DNA of 64,000 nt from Octopus sinensis (lineage: Eukaryota), in contig NC_043009.1 in NCBI RefSeq assembly GCF_006345805.1, positions 33,418,001-33,482,000 of the forward strand. The letters are read 5' to 3'. Below are positions 12,406-27,629 of the stretch, piece by piece. Position 1 is the stretch's first letter, and each line of letters starts with the position of its first letter. Both the position numbers and the translations under genes were made by a program. Under the pieces are notes generated by a model. The model had not been told where the DNA came from and did no database searches. It was given only the letters and a program-made list of their open reading frames with translations.

Positions 12406-14028
12406 CTGTGGGTTAATACAAGGTGAGGCTGACTGTTAGATAAATCATATGATTTATGTTGTTGTTGATTATTAACCGTAGTCAATCCTGAGTACACATA
12501 TTATCAATGGCGTTCTAACTGTGACCACCTCGTTATATTCACAGTTGAAGTATATTGACGAATATTCTTTCTTAAAAAACAGTAAGTTGTGGTTTAGATT
12601 TGAGAGAGAATTTCTCGTGTTTATGAACAAGTTCGGGCTAAAAATATCAACTAAGTAGAAGTGCCTTCATTGATTTCCTATTACACATTACTCAATGTGT
12701 CTTTCCTTTACGAAGGCATCATGGCTGCTATGTCTGGTAGTCATAATGACCACATGAAGGCTCCATTGAAAGTCTTCAGCGGTAGACATATATTCGTATA
12801 TCATTCACTTCACTCTCGTCATCATCTCACAGGATGGTGGATAAAGTGGAGAGAAGTGGGGATGTGAAATAGCAAGTTAGATGGATAGTAGGTGAGTGGG
12901 AAGGAGAGAATCAGACAGAGATTGAGAGAAAGGCGGGGAGAGAGACAGGGAGGAAGAAAGAGAGAAAGAGACAGAGAGACAGACTGGCTGGAGGACAAAT
13001 AGAAAGCAGACAGACAGACAGGCAGACAGATAGGCATACAGAATGGGAGAAAGACAAGAAGAGAGATAGAGAAGAAGAAAGAGAGACTGACTGACAGAAA
13101 GTAGATAGACTAACAGATAGACAGACGGACAAACAAACAGAAAGTAGGCAGAAAGTCTGAGAGAGAGCAAGAGACGCAATTTTTTAGATAAAACTTCCAA
13201 GTTATCTTTGTCAATTCTAGCAGAGAACATAATGTAAAAGACAAGTGTGCAACTGCAGCCATTTGCACATACAACTGCTGCACGTTTAAATCATGTGATA
13301 AGATACAGTTATTTACACATGCAATTGTCTATTTAAACTGAATGCATCAGTTCAGTTGCAACCTTTTGCGCATACAGCAGTTTATTTAAATGTAATACAA
13401 GGGTACATCTGAATTTACATACAGATCTGCAGATATAAATGTAATACAAGACTTCATCTGCAGCCATTTTACACATAGCTGCAAGCTGAATGTAACACAA
13501 GTGTACAGCTACAACCATTTATAGAAAACTGCATATTTCCATGGAATACATATCTGCAACTATCTACATATGCAACTGCAGGTTTTAGCCACCTTTCATG
13601 ACAGGTAGTATATCGCAGATTACATTTCCGAATATAGACGCAATCTGAGGCAGATTTTGCTGTCATTTATGGTAGGCCATCCAACTACATAAATACATCC
13701 ACGTGGACTTGCTATTATTTTATGGTTCTCTCCCTTATTCAGAAAAGAAGTAACAAATTTTCCCTTTCCTGATGAGGGACTTCGTCCAAAACTTCACAAA
13801 CTATACCTCACAACACTTCTTAAATGATTTTACATTTATAGAAATAAATACCATTTTTCCAAACGCACATTACAACAAGTGTCTTTGGATGTTTTTATTG
13901 TATTTTTCTGATTTATTTAAATTTGTTTCCACCAACAGACATCTGTACCCTGCATCCTTACTGGTATTTGTTGTAGCACGGCGTCAGTGAAGCGACATAG
14001 TTGTAACAATGCAATGTATATAATGCAT

Positions 14029-14181
14029 CATTTATAATACAGCATTAATAATGCATTATTCATAAAGCATTATTCATAATGCACCATTCATAATACATTA
14101 TTCGTAATGCATTATTCATAATGCATCATTCATAATGCATTATTCATATATTATTATTCATAATCCATTATTCTTAATGCA
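14029..14181. repeat. 14-bp minisatellite CATAATGCATTATT (about 10-11 copies) with a palindromic core
   Basis: Direct reading. Confidence 0.85.
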
Positions 14182-15047
14182 CCATCCTTTTGTACAGCGA
14201 TGCCACAGTGATGGTGAATACATAGAATCTATGATGATCAAAGTAGAATCTGGTCACTTGGATCTGCCATGTGAAGATTAAAAGACAGTTTGAGGCTCGA
14301 CTTCAAAATCAAACATCAGTCTATGTGTGCAAGAGCGATAATTACAGGTATCGGTGAATTATGTGATGTGAGGAGCCATATTGGATAAGATTCTATGAGT
14401 TGATGATGGAGAGTGTTCAAAAGTGAAATGAAGAAAAATTTGTGATGAAGTAGCTGAATTAGACAGACGTAGATGAGACAACACAGATGAGACGATGAAG
14501 ACTCAAAGACACACAGAATCATGCTGCATTGAATAACGGTATAATAGACATTGGAAGTGAAAATAATATGAAGAAGAATAGGAAAAAGAGAGAGAAGTAT
14601 AGGAGAGCTATCGTCAGTTTCTCAATGTAGACAGAGCACATAAATCATTTTAGTTTCCATTAAAGACTAATAGTGGCTTGATTTTAATCAAGCAAACTGT
14701 AGAAACGCATCGATATGAAAGCAAACCTCTATCTCTTACTCTCTCTCTCTCTACATACATTCGCATATATGTAATGTACATATACATCTTTATCTGTGTA
14801 TGTGTATATATGTGTGTGTGTATATATGTTTACCTGCCTATCAATCTCTATTATCTTCCGTAGTCTCCATTTTTACAAGTGCTAAAAAAAGACAGATTCA
14901 CTGAAAGAAACTGAAATGAATTAAAAATAAAGTTTTAGAAAACAATCAACAGAAGATAAATACACAGCTTTACTTATATTACTCTCGTAAGCCCACACAT
15001 ACACACACACACATATGTACATGTATATATATGTGTGTGTGTGTGTG

Positions 15048-15087
<40 letters not shown>

Positions 15088-15292
15088 CAATTCATCCTAT
15101 TCTGTAAATATATATATATACACACACACATGTATACATAGATATACATATATATGTGTGTGTGTGTGCCTTTCAATTCATTTTACTGTATACACATATA
15201 AATATACACATATGTATAAGCATGAGTATATTTACGCATATATATGTATAATCATACTTATGTATAAATATATATGTGTTTGTGTGTTCGTG

Positions 15293-15323
<31 letters not shown>

Positions 15324-15722
15324 TGTGTGTGTGGTGTGTGTGTGTGTGTGTGTGTGTGTGCCTGTGCCTGTGTTTCAAATGCTTCTCGTGTATGGTAACG
15401 TTACCAATATCATGGATAATCTTCCTAATCAATCTATAGTCAATAAGTTTAAGTATTTATCGTTTCAAGGAGTTTAGAAAGCAATCTTCAGTCAACAGAG
15501 TGATGCAACTGTGATCAATCACCAACAGCTGTACACTACACTGGACACCTATTCCACCATGTTAGTTTTTACTAAACAGTCTTTACTTTCAATCAATTTT
15601 TCTGAATTTAAAACACACATACGCTTATATGTACATTCACGTGCATGCGTGCCGGCATTTATAAGGGTGAATGTGTTTAAGTGTATGTACTTCGTGCTTG
15701 CTTTATATATATATACATACAT

Positions 15723-15757
<35 letters not shown>

Positions 15758-15779
<22 letters not shown>

Positions 15780-15868
15780 CATATAACTGTACGTAACTAA
15801 GTGTAAGCAATTTTTGGTCGTTGTACACATATATATATACACACATACATGTATATACATACATACAC

Positions 15869-15923
<55 letters not shown>

Positions 15924-16030
15924 ACTGTACGTAACTAAGTGTAAGCAATTTTTGGTCGTTGTACACATATATATATACACACATACATGTATATACATAC
16001 ATACACATATATAATATATATATATATATA
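15758..16030. repeat. 138-bp local tandem duplication among microsatellites
   Basis: gacatataactgtacg at 15778 and 15916. Confidence 0.9.
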
Positions 16031-16033
16031 ATA

Positions 16034-16071
<38 letters not shown>

Positions 16072-16542
16072 CCCATACACATATATGCACACACGCACAC
16101 ACCACACACACATTTAGTTCGAATTTGAAGCTGGAAACACAACTTCTTTTCCTGTTCTTCATTACAAAAGATCTTTTGTTTTCTTTATTTTATTTATCTC
16201 CCTTGGTAAACTCATCAATCATGCCCACCAATAAAAAAGAAATCTGCAAAAAAATACCTCCACTATTTCGCTAGTAATGAAATTAATAATCTTCCAACAC
16301 TAATACTACCTAATGCTATCTTTAACCTGTCATATAACTGGCAGGCTAACAACAGAGACACATTAACTCTATAAAACCAACAACAACAATACAATAATAA
16401 AAACAACAACAACAGTTAGAAGAAGAAGAAGAAGAAGAAGAAGAACAACAACAACAACAACAACAACATCAATAAAATAGTAATGATAATGGAAGAAAAT
16501 AATGATGATAAAAATAAGAAGAATAAACAACAATAACAATAC

Positions 16543-16588
<46 letters not shown>

Positions 16589-17399
16589 AACCACCTTTAT
16601 TTAAATAATTTGGCTTTGTTTTTCTCACTTTTGTCTTTCAGATTATTGGTTGTTGGGATTTGGTTCCTGCTTTTAAGTGTATCAAGAATTAGTTTCTATT
16701 GTTTTGCTTGTTTTATCGAGTTTCGCATCCTTTGGATTTGCTTTCATTTGTGATTCCGTTATTTGCAAATGGTACGTTTATATTAACTTCAAACTAAAAA
16801 TCCGGAACAAAGCAAAAGCAAAAAATTGGTAAGCCAGATTGTATTGAATTGAACAGCAAAATAAATAACACAGGAATTACTTGCCAGGTGTCTTCCAGGT
16901 GGTTGTGCTCACCGGGTCATTAGAAATTGCTCTGGGGATCTTCCTGGTTCTGTTTCATGACGATGGGAGATGTGCAGCAATGGGGAGAGAAGTGTGGTGA
17001 CTTGGAGTTAAGTTAATATAAACCTTGTCAGATAAATTGTATGCAGGTAGTCAATTCCTTTCCGCAAAGATAGGTAGGACGAAAACCTCAACTGAGAGAA
17101 AATTAAATATACTCCAATTTTATGAAGAAACTATGCTCGGTTCTAGACTTTAATCTAACTTTGTATATTGTTTTTATCAACAACACATTTTTACAGGTAA
17201 AAAAGGGAAAGAAAAAATCATTAAAAGTATAAAATATAAATAACCGAGGAAAAGACCAGCTCATCACAGTAGCCACTACCGAAAGCTTGGGTTCTGCTGA
17301 CATGGCACTCGTGGGATGGGGGTCATTGAGGATCACAAAACAACACACTGCAAAAAGGACTAGACCTTGTGGTGGATTTGTTCGCAATTATTTGTTGGT

Positions 17400-17616
17400 A
17401 CAAGGCGGCGAGCTGGCAGAAACGTTAGCACGCCGGGTGAAATGCTTAGCAGTGTATTTCGTCTGTCTTTACGTTCTGTGTTCAAATTCCACCGAGGTTG
17501 ACTTTGCCTTTCATCCTTTCGAGGTCGATAAATTAAGTACCAGCTGCGTACTGGGGTCGATCTAATCGACTGGCCTCCACCTCAAAATTTCAAGCCTCGT
17601 GCCTCGAGTAGAAAAG
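17400..17616 (+). mobile_element. Full-length tRNA-derived SINE with 14-bp TSD
   Basis: ggcggcgagctggcagaa head, gttcaaattcc B box, core gactttgcctttcatcctttcgaggtcgataa; aattatttgttggt at 17386-17399 and 17617-17630. Confidence 0.9.
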
Positions 17617-17980
17617 AATTATTTGTTGGTCTGTGATTAACCTTGTTGCTCTGGATTCGATATCACAGCACAGAACTTTGAGGTAGGAGTCTTTTATCGC
17701 AGCCGAGGCAGGATCCAAACCTTGTGATTAAAATTCAGTACTACAAAAACCGGAGACACCTATTGCAATTCGAGGGTTTCATTTCACTTCTTTTTATTTC
17801 ATTTTTTAAATATTTTTTGTCTTTTCTCTCTTAAAATCCACAGGTGACGATGGGTGATTCAACCAATATTAGACATACCAACCATATATGTATATGGATA
17901 TATATATATATATTTGTGCGTGTGTGTGTCTCTCTCTCTATATGGTGTGTGCACGCGTAATGTTTGAGAAATGTATAATA

Positions 17981-18024
<44 letters not shown>

Positions 18025-18146
18025 TCAGTATTTGAATGTTTTGCTTATAAACTTTTTTGCACCATGTGCTATGTTTTTTGGCGCAAAACAAAACCAGTTG
18101 CACTGTCAGAGTTTAACGTGACAGTTATGAATTATTACTCGGTAGG

Positions 18147-18201
18147 CCACACTGATGAGGCTCAGATTTTAAATACCCAAAAGCCGAAACCTGGTTTGTG
18201 G
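18147..18201 (+). ncRNA. Type I hammerhead ribozyme with canonical core
   Basis: CCACA-CTGATGA-GGCT(19-nt loop)AGCC-GAAA-CC-T-GG-TT^TGTGG: 5-bp stem I, 4-bp stem II with G10.1-C11.1, stem III ACC/GGT, GUU cleavage triplet (cut after 18196). Confidence 0.85.
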
Positions 18202-18516
18202 ATATCCCTAATTGCATAATATTTTTATTTTGTGCTGTTAAATGTTTTAGTTCTTTCTGTTTTCCTCACATACTGTTTTTCTCTGTTAACTTGGTGCGGT
18301 ACGGTGAATTAATTTAAGACTTTAGCTCTTATTTCTAGCAGGTAGATGCTTGTTAAGCATCATTATGCTTCGTGCAAATTTATAATTCATAGCTATACAA
18401 TGCTATTCCGCCTGCAATCCACCTATGTCACTGCTGGTGATATCATCAATTTTAAAATTTATCCACAGGCGATATGAACAGTAGTGTCATCTGATTTCAA
18501 ATCTCAGTGTATTTCT

Positions 18517-18549
<33 letters not shown>

Positions 18550-18611
18550 TTCACAAACACATATAAAAACATATATTATGACGACTTAATCAATAGTACA
18601 TGGCATATAAG

Positions 18612-18800
18612 GACAGTGAACTGGTAGAATCGTCAGCTCGCCGGACAAAGTGCCAAGCGGCATTTTGTCCGTCTTTGCGTTCTGAGTTCAAATGCCACCG
18701 CCGGAGTTAACTTTGCCCTTCATCCTTTCGTTGAACATTGGGGTCGATCTAATCGACTTACTCCAACCCCTGAACCTGCCGGCCTTGAGTCAAAACTTGA
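18612..18800 (+). mobile_element. SINE of the same family
   Basis: gttctgagttcaaat..tttcatcctttcg..ggggtcgatctaatcgac. Confidence 0.8.
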
Positions 18801-19575
18801 AATCCATATCACACTGTATATAGCAGGATCATTATCATCATCACCACCAGCAACACCAACAATGTCATTGTCATCATCATCGTCATCATCATCAACATCA
18901 ACATCATCATCGTCATCATCATCATCATCATCATCACCACCACCACCAGTACTTCCTTTTCCCTCATCATCATACAAAAATAGAAAGAAATAGAGAGAAG
19001 AAAAGGGCGGAGAAAATGTATGAGTAGCTGTGTGAGGTGAAGTGACGAGAAGATTTATTTGTTAATTTGTTTCAATCCAGTGTTTAGCAATAGTGGGACC
19101 TGGGCATTTCAAGGATCAGATGACAGTTTGAAATGTTGCGGTAATCCTAGACACATGGTGTCAAATTAAAAAGGAAAAAAACACAGAAAGACGTGGCGGT
19201 CACGGAGAGAATGTCATTGATCAAATATTTCTATTTTATGGAGATCTGACCCTGGGAATCAACTGTAATAATATCCCAATCTAGCACCGGGATTAAAAGA
19301 GATTAACGTCACTTCACGCCACCAAAACTACTACCACTTCATATTGCTACTCTTGTTTCTGTTCTTTGTTTTCTTTCTGACTTTTATCCCCCACCCTTCT
19401 TTCTACCACTTCCACTACTGCTGCCGCTACTACTGCTGCTACTTTTCTTTGCCTTTCCTTCTTCCTCGCTTTTCTCTTCATCTCCTCTTTCTTTTCCATA
19501 CACAAATACACACTCACGCAGATGTATACAATGCCACACAACCCAAGTATAGAGAACAATGTAGATAGACAGACC

Positions 19576-19675
<100 letters not shown>

Positions 19676-20064
19676 AGTATGTGCGTATGTACTTGAATAC
19701 ATACATTATATAATGATGTGCAGGTTTGCTTATACACACATTACATACGTATATACATAGGTATGTATATTTATATGTACGTATATAATACGTATGTATG
19801 TGTGAGCGTAGGTGTGTGTGTATATACCTAAGCGTGCATATATAATAAATGATAAATAATATATTATGTGTGTGTGTGTGTCTGTGTGTGTGTGAGAGAG
19901 AGTGTGTGTATGCATGTGTGTATGCATACGCTGCCTGGCTAAGCAGGTGATTGCTTCATCCAATTTCATTTATTTTCATAAGTGCACACAGAGCTGTGTT
20001 TTTGTTTTGTTTTTCTTTGTTTTTTTGTCTTTTTATTTCGCTTTCTTTTTTCTGTATTTTCACT

Positions 20065-20178
20065 GTTAATCACAGATTTACCTATGTGAAAGGTAAATAT
20101 ATTCTTTCATCGTTAATCATAGATTTACCTGTGTGAAAGGTAAATATATATCTTGATCGTTAATCAAAGATTTACCTT
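20065..20178. repeat. 47-bp tandem repeat (2.4 copies) with internal inverted repeat atttacct/aggtaaat
   Basis: gttaatca at 20065, 20112 and 20159. Confidence 0.9.
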
Positions 20179-20642
20179 TGCCAAAGAGCTCAGTTTAATA
20201 TATTCCAGCTGGCATAACCATTTTTCAATTCCATTGCTTTCTTACCAATTTTATGGTCTCTCGGAATATTTACAGAACGATATTAAGATTAACTCTGCCT
20301 AACTCAAGCACCTCCTGGTTCAAAACGCCTTGCGTGTTTGGTCAGCATTCTAGAAATAGTAGCTAAAACTCCCTCGAAAAAAATAAATTGAAGCCAGGTT
20401 TAGATAATATGTTCCTAGGTAGAATATTTCTGGATTATAGAAGGGATGGTCACAATTGGAATGTCTTTGTTCATAGAAAAAGTGGATGGGACTGACTTGG
20501 ATCTAAACAAGCTTAACAAGAAATGACACGTTAGATAATGTGGTCCTGGCTATACTATTTCAGTGAAAAATGAGACGATCACAGCTGAAACACATTTGAC
20601 CGAAGATCTGCTGCTGCTGCTGCTGCTAGCGGCGTCTAGGCT

Positions 20643-20643
20643 G

Positions 20644-20716
<73 letters not shown>

Positions 20717-20904
20717 GGTGGTGGTGGTGGTGGCGGCGGCGGTGGTGGTGGTAGTAGTAGTAGTAGTTGTAGTAGTAGTGGTGGTGGTGGTGGTGGTGGT
20801 GGTGGTGATGGTAGTAGTAGTGGTGGAGGTGGCAGTGGTGGCGGTGGTGGCGGTAGTGGTGGTGGTGGTAGTGGTGGTGGTGGTGGTTGTGGTGGTTGTG
20901 GTGG
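20643..20904. repeat. (GTA)n/(GGT)n compound microsatellite
   Basis: Direct reading. Confidence 0.95.
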
Positions 20905-20964
20905 TGTGGCTGGCAATGTCTGTTATAATAGCAGAAACTTATACATGTTGGAAATTCTTAATCT

Positions 20965-21220
20965 TAAAATTAAAGTGGCAGGGGCTGAGTATTCCACGGA
21001 CACACTCGAGTCCTTAACGTAGTCCTCAAGAAGATTCAGCGAAACGCAGAATGCGACATGGCTGGTCCTTTGAAATACAGGTACCACTCTTTTGGTCAGC
21101 TGACTGGACAGGAACAACGTGGAATAAAGTGTCTTGCTCAAGTATACAACGTGTCACCGGTTATCGAACTCACGACCTTCTGGTAGGGAGCCGAATACCT
21201 TAGCCACTAAGCCCCGCGCC
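20965..21220 (-). mobile_element. tRNA-derived SINE sharing its 3-prime tail with the 30465-30855 element
   Basis: Head ggcgcggggcttagtggctaagg..gagttcgat; shared gtacctgtatttcaaagg..ctacgttaag. Confidence 0.75.
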
Positions 21221-21396
21221 TTCACACACACAATAACACACACATGAATACATACACACACACATACATACATACAGGCATACATACATACATACATATA
21301 AAATAAAATCAAAAACAGAACACAAAGGATGTTGCGGTACACGTGTTGGCGTATACAGGTGCTTACACTTATCAAGTATTCACCCTAAATTTACAG

Positions 21397-23311
21397 TACA
21401 TACATACATGCATACATACATACATACATACATACATACATACATACATACATACATACATACATGCATGCATACATACATACATACATACATACATACA
21501 TACATACATACATGCATGCATACATACATACATACATACATACATACATACATACATACATACATGCATGCATACATACATACATACATACATACATACA
21601 CACATACATACATACATACATACATACATACATACATACATGCATACATACATACATACATACATACATACATACATGCATGCATACATACATACATACA
21701 TACATACATACATACATACATACATGCATACATGCATGCATGCATACATACATACATACATACATACATGCATGCATGCATACATACATACATACATACA
21801 TACATACATACATACATACATACATACATGCATGCATGCATGCATGCATGCATACATACATACATACATACATACATACATACATACATACATACATACA
21901 TACATACATACATGCATGCATACATACATACATACATACATACATACATTACATACATACATACATACATACATGCATACATACATACATACATACATAC
22001 ATACATACATACATACATACATACATACATACATACATACATACATACATACATACAAGGAGAAAGCTAATTCGAAGACTACAGATCAAATCCGTAACTG
22101 GAACTGTAAAAATCTGTAAAACTTTCCAGAAGTTTATCATTTCAATAATTATGAGCATGTCTAGATATGCAACAGTATGCATGAGAATACATACATAAAA
22201 CATACAAATCTACATACATACATACATACATACATACATACATACATACATACATACATACATACATACATACATACATACATACATACATACATACAAA
22301 AATATCCTGTTGTTGATGTTCAAATTCCAGTGAAGGAGGAGCCTTGAATCTTGGTTAGAAGCCGGTTCTTTCTTTGGCAAGAAATCTTGAAATAAGCCGA
22401 ATAATGACATACATACATATACACAAATACATACATACATCATTTTATGCCCACTTTCTATGTTAATATGAATTGGATAGCTTCTCATAGTGTAACACTG
22501 TGCTTATTTGGCGATAATACACACACACATACACACATACATACAATAACACACTTACATACATACAAACATACATACACGCACACATACATACATACAC
22601 ACATACATTCACACATACATACACACACATGCATACACACACATACAAACACTCATGCATACACACACATACACACAAATACATACACACATTCATACAC
22701 ACACACGCATACATACATACACACATATACATATATACATACACACACATACATATATATACATACAGATAGATACATATCTTCACATATAATACACGCA
22801 TGCATACATACACATATACATACATACACACACACGCATACATACATACACACACATACATACATACACACACATACATACATACATACATACATACATA
22901 CATACAGATACATACATACATTCACACATACATACACACACATACATACACGCATGCATACATACACACACGTATACATACACATATACATACATACACA
23001 CACACGCATACATGCATATACATACATACATACACACATACATACACATATAATACATACTCACATACATACACACACATACATACACCCATACATACAC
23101 ACGCATACATACATACATACACAGATATACATACACACACATACATACATACATACATACATACATACATACATACATACATACATACACACGCATACAT
23201 ACATACATACACAGATATACATACACACACATACATACATACATACATACATACATACATACTTACATACATACATATACATACATACATACATACATAC
23301 ATACATACATA
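21397..23311. repeat. Extended (TACA)n and CA-rich compound microsatellite block
   Basis: (TACA)n with TGCA variants at 21397-22056, further tracts to 23311. Confidence 0.95.
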
Positions 23312-24295
23312 CGTCCATAAAAGGCATTGGTGAAGTTAAGCATTAGTTGTTGTAAGCTCAAAGGTTTTTAGTTTAGTGTGTTAGCTGAGTTCCAAGCAGA
23401 AGCTGTCTCGATTCAACAGTTTTCATTTTAATACAGAAAAGAGAAAAAACATTTATATTTAAAGAATAAAAAAAAAGGAAATTGTTTTCGTAGTTTAGTT
23501 TGTCTTTTTTTGTTTTATTTTTTTCTTGTATACATATTTTTCGCATTTTTATTTTTTTAATATTCAATTGGTTAATAGTGTATCATCCTTAAAACTGTTA
23601 AATATGGTTTAATGTTTTATTTCCAGCTCTGAGCCGCCGCTTGCTGAAAACATCTAAAGTCTGTTGAAATTACGTAGCAATTAAATGATCAATATTTGCC
23701 TATCAGATTACAGCTGGGTTCAATACAGTTTGTAAACATCAAGATATATATGTTAGAGTAAAAGTAAATTTGATAGAAATTATCTAATCTAACAGTAAAG
23801 TATTCCTGTTTCCTAAGAGGAGAAATATTTAGAAGCGGACAAACAAATGCTGATAGAAAACGCTTTTTGATCTTTTTACCAATATTCTAACATCGAAACT
23901 CATAAAGAGAGAAATTCTTTTTTATCTCTTGACGGTGATATCAATTGACAGTGATCTCTAACAGAGAAGTTCTAGCGGAGACAATATGAATATGGTAACT
24001 TCATGTCTGAGATGGAATTAAATTATTTCCTTGACAGGAATATGGCTCAAAGAGATTATATCAATTAGAAATGGCAAAGTTCAAATTTTCCTGATAATCC
24101 TTAATCAATCAAAATCACTTTGGCTTTGATTACGTTCTAATATGAAATGAATGTTTTCAATTATTTAACTTAATGATATTCTTTTTTTAAATTACAATTT
24201 AATCATGAATTATTGGAAAATTATAACTTTTGATATGAAAAGAATAGAAAAAAAACTAACCAATCAATGTATGTGTGTGTATGCATATATATATA

Positions 24296-24341
<46 letters not shown>

Positions 24342-24491
24342 TTATAAGAATATCTACATATATATACATACACATATTTATAAGAATATCTATATATATA
24401 TATATATATACATATCTACACTTATGTGTTTTTGTATATATGCATTAATATACGTACTTACCTACATATAACTATATATATATTTTTCTTT

Positions 24492-24680
24492 TATTCTTTT
24501 ATTCGTTTCAGTCATTTGATTGTGACCATGCTGGAGCACCGCTTTTAGTCGAGGACATCAACCCCAGGACTTATTCTTTGTAAGCCTCGTAGTTATTCTA
24601 TCGGTCTTTTTTGCTGAACAGGTAAGTTTCGGGACATAAATACGCCAACATCAGTTGTCAAGCGATGTCGGGAATACAAA
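24492..24680 (-). mobile_element. 3-prime module of the second-family SINE (diverged)
   Basis: cagtcatttgattgtgaccatgctggagcaccgc.. is the reverse complement of the module. Confidence 0.8.
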
Positions 24681-24686
24681 TACATA

Positions 24687-24758
<72 letters not shown>

Positions 24759-25022
24759 ATATATACATATACATAGATATATATATAGATATATATATAT
24801 ACAAATATATATACACATATCTATACAAATATATATGTATATACATATATATATGTATATACATACATATATATATATATACATATATATATACATATAT
24901 ATATACATATGTATACACATATATGCATATATATATATATGTATATAACTCCATATTTCTCCTACCAATCTTTCATATATATACGTATGTATATATGTGT
25001 ATATATATATATACATATATAC

Positions 25023-25087
<65 letters not shown>

Positions 25088-26153
25088 ATATCAGTCCATG
25101 TGTATATATACATATTTGTGTGTGTGCCTATGTGTATGTATACTTTAGTCTTCTATCATTCTGTATACTTATCTCAAACTGGCGTCGATTGAAACTAGTT
25201 TTTGGCGGGTAAATCAGGCATATCGATTTATTTCCTTATCAAACAATTTTCCCGGGGTTGCCTTCGTTTGGCATATGCAACGAAACGAAATTATTGTTTC
25301 TCTTTGCGATTATAGTTTTCCCCACAGCTCTTTACTACTCCGATGCTACTCTTCTCTATTGACCGCTAGTGATGCTAATATATTTCTATCCATGTTTGAC
25401 GATACAGCTTACCAGTAACAAATATGTATACGTATATTTACACTGCTTTATTCCGTCATTCTTCAACCATTAATTTAGTGCTTTATTCCGTCATTGTTCA
25501 ACCATAATTCAACCACTAAAACATAAAACAATCAAAGAACAAGAGCAAAAACAAACACAACTAATTAACAAATAAAATTTTAAATATTTACTTTTATCCT
25601 TGTTTTTCTCTGGTGATTGTTTTGTTTTTATTTTGATGTTTTTCTTTTTACTTTCCCCGTCAATATTTTTAAACCACTCAGTTTAATACCACCACCTGTC
25701 CTCTGGGTATCTTCATTGGAATCCAGTTTTTAACAAACATTCAGATTTGATCGCCAATCCAATGAAAATAACCTTCCTTTCTTTCAACAGTTACGTTGGC
25801 CTTGAAGAAAAAAGACAGTTGTGAAGACTTACACTTCCCTTCTTATAAAGCTAGTAAAGGAAAAGATAGGGAGGGAGAGAGAGAGAGAGATCCAAAAGAG
25901 GTGTCACTACATTACAAAATCCGAAGTGATTATTCTTGGCAATTATTAGCGATAGATCTGGTGTGGCTGTTTCCTTTGGCATGCTACCTTATAAGTATAA
26001 GAACTAATTTATAGTGGTGTGTCAGCTAATGATAGATTATGTTCAATTAGAGGTTTGTTTTCGATCTTTTACACGCCAAAAAGGAAGCTAAAGTTCTTCA
26101 TAGATAATTGGACGGCTGTACTCCCACGTAATGCAGTTCTACACACAAATGAC

Positions 26154-26201
<48 letters not shown>

Positions 26202-26272
26202 TTCGTTTCGGGATTTGGTTTGCAAGATTCTTCATGTGAGTTCGTGTGTTGAAGCATATTCTGTTGCGTCTG

Positions 26273-26527
26273 GGGAGAGTCATTTTCTTTTTGTGGCTTA
26301 TAATGTAACACACTCACCGGTAAAATTTCCAGATATTTCTTATTTTTATTTTCCTAAAATTTTCGTTGCGTCTTGCAACCTTTACAATAGTCTTGACTCT
26401 TGAAAACGTTGCAAGACTATTGAAAATGTTGCAAGAAAATTTTAGGAAAATAAAAATAAGAAATATGGGGAAATTCTACCGGTGAGTGTGTTACATTATA
26501 AGGCACAAAAAGAAAATGACTCTCCCC
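26273..26527. repeat. Fold-back inverted repeat (arms about 110 bp) with a degenerate HHR near the centre
   Basis: ggggagagtcattttc.. / ..gaaaatgactctcccc; minus strand 26354-26392 reads CTA-TTGTAAA-G-GTTGC-AAGAC-GCAAC-GAAAA-TTT-TAG. Confidence 0.75.
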
Positions 26528-26543
26528 TTACACAATAGAATAT

Positions 26544-26591
<48 letters not shown>

Positions 26592-27569
26592 GCATACACA
26601 TACATATACGTATCCATACAGGCATGCATACATACCGACATATATATGCTATATATACATTATGTGCGTGTGTGTATGCGTGTGTGTATGTATGTATGTA
26701 TGTATGTATGTATGTACGTATGTATGTATGTATGTATGTATGTATGTATGTATGTATGTATGTATGTATGTATGTATGTATGCGTGCATGCTTGTATGTA
26801 CGCTAAAAATGACAAAATACGTAGAATATTCTTATATAGTCTCTTACCCGACTGAGTTTTACAGTCAAATCCTCCATTAAAAAAACTAACTTCCATTTTT
26901 ATCCAGGCAAATTACCACCATTTGTGTGAATTCCAAAATCTTTGAATCCTAATCCTAACCCCAACAATAAAGACGAAATCTCTGAAATTAAAACATCAAT
27001 GGAAAGATTCTTTGAAAACCACAATTATCAAAAATGTCATTTGCTCTCACCAAGTTGAATATCAGGGATCGCCATCGCAGATTTTCTCTTTCTCTCTTGT
27101 CCAATTCTTGTTTGTCCAATTCTTGATATTATTCCTCTACAGAATTCTTAGGTATTCCGCTTCCTCCATTTCCACACATTTTACTTTCTATTAACAGCGG
27201 AGTCTGTAAACCATTTTCTTCGCTTCTAATTGTTCCCTTTGTTCCAAACAATAAGTTTCCTCGAGAGGAAGTCAAGTAACTTCTGCAAAACTGTGTGTAC
27301 CGAGAACGAACAAGCGTAGGGGTGGTGCGGAGAACAATAAGACAGAATACAGAAACTTAAAATACATATTCTTGGAATATATTGGTTCGCACCACTTATT
27401 ATTATCTGTTATGTTTCGGATACACTTACTCACACATTTGGAAAGATTCAGTCACCAACACTCACCTTTAGTCTTTAACCCTCATGTATACTACACCACT
27501 TGTCTCTTCCCATCTCTCTCTCTCTCATTCTCTCATTCTTTCTCTCTCTCTCTCTCTCTCTTATATATA

Positions 27570-27629
<60 letters not shown>

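Noticed and set aside
21343-23346. Long ORFs (up to 299 aa) such as poly-HTYI and poly-MYVC
   Set aside because: Translations of (TACA)n and CA microsatellites. The same applies to most ORFs in the track.
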